The position numbers were made by a program, and so were the translations under genes. From positions 1 through 64,000 of the forward strand of contig JBBRLQ010000006.1 of assembly GCA_038231275.1 (NCBI GenBank): a stretch of DNA of 64,000 nt, read 5' to 3'. Positions 58,999 through 64,000 of this stretch are shown here, in pieces (the first letter of the stretch is position 1; every line of letters starts with the position of its first letter). The notes under the pieces are model-generated. The model did not search any database. It had not been told where the DNA came from and saw nothing but the letters and a program-made list of their open reading frames with translations. Origin of the DNA: Polyangiales bacterium. GTDB taxonomy: Bacteria > Myxococcota_A > Polyangia > Polyangiales > Polyangiaceae.

Positions 58999-60192
58999 AT
59001 GCACGCGATTTCCCGCGCGCGTCCCGGTCGGACGCTTGCCCTCGGACGCTGGACGGTCCCTGCGACGCTGGCCGCCACGTGGATCGTGTTCCGCGCCTTG
59101 CTCGTCGCGCACGGCGGCGAGATCGGCGAGGCCCGTGAGCTCTCCGTGGCCGGGCACCGCGTCGCCGCGCTCCTCTTCCGCGGCGACGTCCGCTCGCGAA
59201 CGCTCGTGGTCGTGGTACACGGCGGCCTCGCAACGAAGGAGACGCTCGTGCCGCTGTGCTGGGAGGTCCGCCGGCGCGGCGCCGATTGCGTCGCGGTGGA
59301 CGCGCTCGGACACGGCGGGTCGAGCGCGCTGCCGCCACGCAACACCCTCGAAGAAGTGCGTCGGGCGCTACGTGTCGATCGCGCGCTCGGGGGGTACGAC
59401 GACGTCCGCTTCGCCGGCCACTCGATGGGCGCCTACCTCGGCTGCGGCGCCGTCTTCCCCTGCGAGCGTTCCGTCTCGATCGGACAGGTCGTCAGCTGCG
59501 CGCCTTCGCGCATGGTCTTCGGCTCGGTCCACCGCACGCTCGGTCTCCCGGACGTCTTCTATCTCCCGGTCTCGCACGTGCTCGAGCCGTGGACGCCCTC
59601 CGTCATCGACGCCGCGGCAGACAAGTTGCTGCCCGGCACGGGCACCCGCGGCACGGGCACGCCCGCTGTCGCGCGCGACGTCGTGCTCGCGTGGACTTCG
59701 CTGGCGGTGATGATCGCGCTCGGTCTCGTCGTGGCGCGACGCGTTCGGAGCGCGTCGATGGCGTCGCCGACGGTCCGTGCCTTCGCGGCGGCCGGGATCG
59801 TGTGGACGGCGCTCGTGGTCGGCGCGACGCGCACGCTGTGGATGCTCGTCCCGACGCAGCTCGGCGACGTCGCGATCATGGGGGCCGTCGTCGCCGCTTC
59901 CCTAGGCCTCGTGTCCGTCCTCCGCGCCGCGGGAGCGCGCCACCCGCTCACGGGGGTCGTCGGCGCGTGGATCGCCTCCGAGATCGTCGCCATCACCGCG
60001 TGGGCCCTCTGTCATACACCCGTCGTGAACCACCTCGTGATCCTGCTGCCCCTCCTCAACGTGCCGCTCGGGGCGGTGGTGGGCACGTGGGAACGCCTCT
60101 CACGTGGCGCCGACCACGACACCCTTGCGAGTGCGGCCTTCGTCGCGGCGATCCATGGTGGCTTCCTCGCGCTGCTCCTGCCCGCGGGGTGA
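58999..60192 (+). CDS. Alpha/beta-hydrolase with multi-TM C-terminus
   Basis: VVHG, DALGHGGS, GHSMG; several TM segments. Confidence 0.7.
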   Translation: MHAISRARPGRTLALGRWTVPATLAATWIVFRALLVAHGGEIGEARELSVAGHRVAALLFRGDVRSRTLVVVVHGGLATKETLVPLCWEVRRRGADCVAVDALGHGGSSALPPRNTLEEVRRALRVDRALGGYDDVRFAGHSMGAYLGCGAVFPCERSVSIGQVVSCAPSRMVFGSVHRTLGLPDVFYLPVSHVLEPWTPSVIDAAADKLLPGTGTRGTGTPAVARDVVLAWTSLAVMIALGLVVARRVRSASMASPTVRAFAAAGIVWTALVVGATRTLWMLVPTQLGDVAIMGAVVAASLGLVSVLRAAGARHPLTGVVGAWIASEIVAITAWALCHTPVVNHLVILLPLLNVPLGAVVGTWERLSRGADHDTLASAAFVAAIHGGFLALLLPAG

Positions 60193-60301
60193 CCGCGCAA
60201 GTGACGAGCGCTTGCGCCCTTCGCGGGCATCGCGATCGCGGCGCTCGTTCTCCTCGCGGCGAGCGTCTCCGTCGCGATCTCGACTAACCTCCAGTGGGTC
60301 G

Positions 60302-61372
60302 CTAAGGCTGACGGCTCGCCGCGACCAGGCGCGGGAGATCTTTCACCAGCGCGGTGACGTACGCGCTCGTGAAGCGTGTCGCCGAGGCGCGCGTGAGATG
60401 CGACCATTCCGGCGTGTCGAGGCCCTGCATCTCGGCGTAGTCCTCGAAATGCACGCCGCGCGAGCGCGTCTCGCGGAGGAGCACGTCCCAGCCCTTCTCG
60501 CGCGGCACGCGGATGCGCTCGTTTTCGCGCACCGGTCCGCCCGACGGCGAACGCACGAAGACCACGTCCCCGCCGCGCGCGCGGATCTTCTCGGCGTCCC
60601 TCGTCGCCTGCGCGACGGTCTTGGCGATGACGTCGTCGGGCGCCGGCACACCCTTGAAATCGTGCCACGCCAGGCGCGCGTGCTCGCGCAGGTACGGATC
60701 GGTCTCGATGCGCGACCACATGACGGTCTGGCGGTCGCCGAGGTTCTCCGAGAGCTTCCACACATCCGCGTACGGCCCCTCGATCGTCCCGCGGTTCGGG
60801 ATGCGCCGCCGCTCGAGGAGCGCGAAGAGCGAATAGTTGTCGTCGAGGAACGCGACGTGGCGGGACAGCTCCTCGTGCAGGGCATGCCCGCTTCGCTGCG
60901 ACGGCGACTGCGTCCGCGCGTGCGCGAGCGCCTTGCCGAAGAGCCCCGCGCGCCCGCCGAAAAATTGCGTATCCGTCACGCCGACGACGACGACGCCGGC
61001 GAAGTGCTCGTCGTCGGCGATGTCGGTGAGGAAGGCGTTCGGCGGCGTCCCCTGGAGCGCCAGCTGGATCGGGCGGCGGCCGGTGATCTCCTGCCAGACG
61101 TCGAGATCGGTGTCGAAGAGGATGCGCGAGCTGCCGACGAGGACGACGCTGTCACACGGCCCTTCGTCGACCTTTCGGCGCTCGGTCGCCCAATGGTCCA
61201 CGCCGTCGCCGAGATCGCCGGCGCGAAGGCCGAGCGACCGCATCTCGAGCTCCCACCCCACCATCGCGCCGACCGCGAGCACCGCCGCGAGCGCGCCGGC
61301 GCGTCCCCACGCGAGCTTCGGGACCTCGCGCTCGAACGCGCGCGGCTCAGAACTGGAAGTAGATGAAGCCAT
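60302..61372 (-). CDS. SGNH-like O-acyltransferase partner (AlgJ/DltD-like)
   Basis: N-terminal TM, VLVGSSR, EWSHL; downstream of an MBOAT gene. Confidence 0.7.
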   Translation of the reverse strand: MASSTSSSEPRAFEREVPKLAWGRAGALAAVLAVGAMVGWELEMRSLGLRAGDLGDGVDHWATERRKVDEGPCDSVVLVGSSRILFDTDLDVWQEITGRRPIQLALQGTPPNAFLTDIADDEHFAGVVVVGVTDTQFFGGRAGLFGKALAHARTQSPSQRSGHALHEELSRHVAFLDDNYSLFALLERRRIPNRGTIEGPYADVWKLSENLGDRQTVMWSRIETDPYLREHARLAWHDFKGVPAPDDVIAKTVAQATRDAEKIRARGGDVVFVRSPSGGPVRENERIRVPREKGWDVLLRETRSRGVHFEDYAEMQGLDTPEWSHLTRASATRFTSAYVTALVKDLPRLVAASRQP

Positions 61373-62768
61373 CGGCGTTCCCCTGCGTGATGATGACGGT
61401 GAAGATCATGAGGGCCCACGTGGCGCCGACGAGCCAGACCGGCGACCTTGCGACGACCTGCTCGATCGTGCGGCTTCGCATGTACGCGTGCGCCGTCAGA
61501 AGACCGGCAGTGAAGACGAGCACTTCGATCATCCGCACAGTCGGCAGCAGCGGCGCGGCCGACGTATGGAGCCCGATCATGCCCGCGAGCAAACTGGACG
61601 CGCCCCCGAACGTCTTCGCGCGGAAAAATACCCACGCAACGCTGACGAGAACGAACGTCAGCGCGACGACGAACGCCCGGAGCGGCGCCGCGTCGGGCCA
61701 GCGCCGCAGCGGAACGCGCTCACCGAGCCATCGCTCGACCGCAAGGAAGAGGCCGTGGAGAAATCCCCAAACCACGAACGTCCAGCTCGCGCCGTGCCAC
61801 AAGCCGCCGAGGAGCATCGTGATCATCAGGTTCACGTACGTCCGCGCGTTGCTCCCGCGGTTGCCGCCGAGCGGGATGTAGAGGTAGTCGCGGAGCCACG
61901 TCGACAGCGAGATGTGCCACCGCCGCCAGAAGTCGGAGAAGCCGCGCGCGGCGTACGGGAACTGGAAGTTATTGGGGATGGAGAAGCCCAGGCACAGCGC
62001 GGCGCCAGTCGCGGCCGTCGAATAGCCGGCAAAATCGCAGAAAATCTGCCCCGAGAACGCCAACGTGCCGAGCCACGCGTCCGCAAATCCTAGCGGACGC
62101 GTCGCACCGTAGACCGCGTCGGCCGTCGGCGCGAAGCCCCCGTCGGCGAGCACCACCTTCTCGAAGATCCCCAACGTCATGAGGGCGAGCCCCCAGAGGA
62201 GCTGATCGCGCGTCGCTTTCCGCGGCTTCTCGAACTGCGGAACGAGATCGCTGGTACGCAGAATCGGCCCGGCCACCAGATGCGTGAAGAACGCGACGAA
62301 CAGCGCGAAGTCGAACAACTTGGGAATCGGCTTCACGCGACGCCAGTAGATGTCCAGCGTGTAGGACATCGAGTGGAACGTGTAGAACGAGATGCCGACG
62401 GGCAGGACGATGTTCCACGACGGCGGCACGTACGTCACCCCGACGGCGGCCATCAGCACCTGCCAGTTGTGGAGCATGAACGGCCCGTACTTGAAGAACC
62501 CCAAGAACCCGAGGTTCACGACGAGCGAGATCACGAGCCACGCCTTGCGTCGCTTCGGGTTCGTCTGGAGGTGGATTTGCCGCGCGACGAGCCAGTCGAC
62601 GACCGTGGACGCCCACAAGAGGACGATGAACGGCGGGTTCCACGCCGCGTAGAAGAGGTAGCTCCCGACGAGGAGCACGACCTTCTTCGCGGTCCACGGT
62701 AGCGGCAGGTTGTGAAGGACGAGGATCGTCGCGAAGAAGACGATGAACGTCAGCGAGTTGAAGACCAT
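61347..62768 (-). CDS. MBOAT O-acyltransferase (AlgI/DltB family)
   Basis: LPVGISFYTF, DFAGYS, FWRRWHISLSTWLRDYLYIPLGG, GLWHGA, FIYFQF. Confidence 0.95.
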   Translation of the reverse strand: MVFNSLTFIVFFATILVLHNLPLPWTAKKVVLLVGSYLFYAAWNPPFIVLLWASTVVDWLVARQIHLQTNPKRRKAWLVISLVVNLGFLGFFKYGPFMLHNWQVLMAAVGVTYVPPSWNIVLPVGISFYTFHSMSYTLDIYWRRVKPIPKLFDFALFVAFFTHLVAGPILRTSDLVPQFEKPRKATRDQLLWGLALMTLGIFEKVVLADGGFAPTADAVYGATRPLGFADAWLGTLAFSGQIFCDFAGYSTAATGAALCLGFSIPNNFQFPYAARGFSDFWRRWHISLSTWLRDYLYIPLGGNRGSNARTYVNLMITMLLGGLWHGASWTFVVWGFLHGLFLAVERWLGERVPLRRWPDAAPLRAFVVALTFVLVSVAWVFFRAKTFGGASSLLAGMIGLHTSAAPLLPTVRMIEVLVFTAGLLTAHAYMRSRTIEQVVARSPVWLVGATWALMIFTVIITQGNADGFIYFQF

Positions 62769-62788
62769 CCAGCTTGGAGGCTTCTACC

Positions 62789-63274
62789 CTACTTTTGTGC
62801 GCAGAACTTGAAACCGTCGAGGCCGCTCGGCCCCGTCGACGCCACGCCGGAGCACTTCGCGACCGAGCCGCAGTCGCCGTCGTTCTGGCAACGCTGCGGG
62901 TTGCCCACCGGTGGGAACGGCTCGGTCCCCGGCACGAACACGTTCTTGTGGACCCACCCGCTCCATCGCTTCGACGGATCGTCGGGGTTCGTGAAGCTGA
63001 CGAGAAAAAAATCTCCGCGACGCGCGACCTTCGCGACAGGGTTGCCTCGCGTGAGGATTGCGACGAGCCGTCCGTCGGGGTGATTGGCGCGCACTGGAGC
63101 GGCCTTCCACTCGACGTACTGCTTCTCGTTGATGACCGTCTCGTCGGGGAAGCGCTGGATGTCGTCCTTGTTCGACGGCGTGACCGAATCGTCGGCCAGG
63201 ACGCTCGCAGGCTGCTTGGGCGCACCGCAGGCGGCCACGAGCGCGGCGACGACGACGATCGCGGCGCGCATCAT
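62789..63274 (-). CDS. Lipoprotein with SH3-like domain and Cys-rich tail
   Basis: VAAC lipobox; [18 protein letters not shown]. Confidence 0.7.
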   Translation of the reverse strand: MMRAAIVVVAALVAACGAPKQPASVLADDSVTPSNKDDIQRFPDETVINEKQYVEWKAAPVRANHPDGRLVAILTRGNPVAKVARRGDFFLVSFTNPDDPSKRWSGWVHKNVFVPGTEPFPPVGNPQRCQNDGDCGSVAKCSGVASTGPSGLDGFKFCAQK

Positions 63275-64000
63275 TCGACGGTCACCGTCTTGGCGAGGTT
63301 GCGCGGCTGGTCGACGTCGGTGCCCTTCAAGTCGGCGACGAAGTACGCGAGGAGCTGGAGCGGGATCACCGTGAGGAGCGGGAGAACCTCGGGCTGCGCC
63401 TCCGGCACTTCGATCACGTCGGGCGCGTCGGCCGCGCCGTGACCGGAGCGGCTGCTGCGCGGACCGCCCTCGTTGCCGGAGCAGAGGCGATGCACCTCGA
63501 AATCGCCCTGCGTGCAGATGCCAATGAGCTGACCCTCGCGCGCCTTGACCTCCTGCATGTTGGACAAGGTCTTCTCGTAGTGCGCGTCGCGCGGGCACAC
63601 GACGCACACCGGCATCTCTTCGTCGATGAGCGCGATCGGGCCGTGCTTCATCTCGCCCGCCGCGTAGCCCTCGGCGTGGATGTAGGAAATTTCTTTCAGC
63701 TTGAGCGCGCCCTCGAGGGCGATCGGAAATCCGGTGCCTCGGCCGAGGAAGAGCATGTCGCGCGCGCGCATGTGCTTCTTCGCGATGAGCTTGATCTCGT
63801 CGGACTTGAGGAGGACCTCACGCATCTGATGCGGGACGTGCCACAGCGCGTCGAGGAGGCGGCGCGATTCATCGGCGTTGATCGTGCCGCGGCGTTTGCC
63901 GAGGTAGATGGCGAGCATGAGGAGCGCGGCGAGCTGTGTCGTGAAACACTTGGTCGACGCGACGCCGATCTCGGGCCCGGCGTGGGTGTAGAGCGCGCCG
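63271..64000 (-). CDS. glmS: Glutamine--fructose-6-phosphate aminotransferase, 5' partial
   Basis: [45 protein letters not shown]. Confidence 0.96.
   Translation of the reverse strand, partial: GALYTHAGPEIGVASTKCFTTQLAALLMLAIYLGKRRGTINADESRRLLDALWHVPHQMREVLLKSDEIKLIAKKHMRARDMLFLGRGTGFPIALEGALKLKEISYIHAEGYAAGEMKHGPIALIDEEMPVCVVCPRDAHYEKTLSNMQEVKAREGQLIGICTQGDFEVHRLCSGNEGGPRSSRSGHGAADAPDVIEVPEAQPEVLPLLTVIPLQLLAYFVADLKGTDVDQPRNLAKTVTVE

Overview
GC-rich (roughly 70% by eye), densely coding bacterial chromosome segment. It is most likely from a myxobacterium (Polyangiaceae/Labilithrix-like; inferred from the many Hanks-type Ser/Thr kinases, PEGA/TPR proteins, Cys-rich lipoproteins and orphan chemotaxis genes). 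About 60 CDS are present, mixing housekeeping genes (argD, rlmI-like, lnt, HU, ybeY, rnr, trpS, DnaJ-class chaperone, glmS, lpoB) with signalling and envelope genes. I saw no rRNA, tRNA, CRISPR array, transposase or integrase. Most notable: (i) a coupled pair encoding a Ser/Thr kinase-HEAT fusion and a degenerate HD-GYP-DUF4388-TPR protein that share a homologous domain; (ii) a P1B-ATPase homolog lacking its catalytic motifs, with an N-terminal YHS/TRASH domain; (iii) a BlaI repressor with two 16-bp operators upstream of an M56 peptidase fused to an FtsI-like transpeptidase; (iv) a kinase / TPR-PEGA / orphan BMP-lipoprotein module; (v) two in-frame TAG codons in unrelated genes preceded by the same 11-mer; (vi) several probable leaderless promoters. 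All family calls come from reading motifs by eye; no database searches were run.
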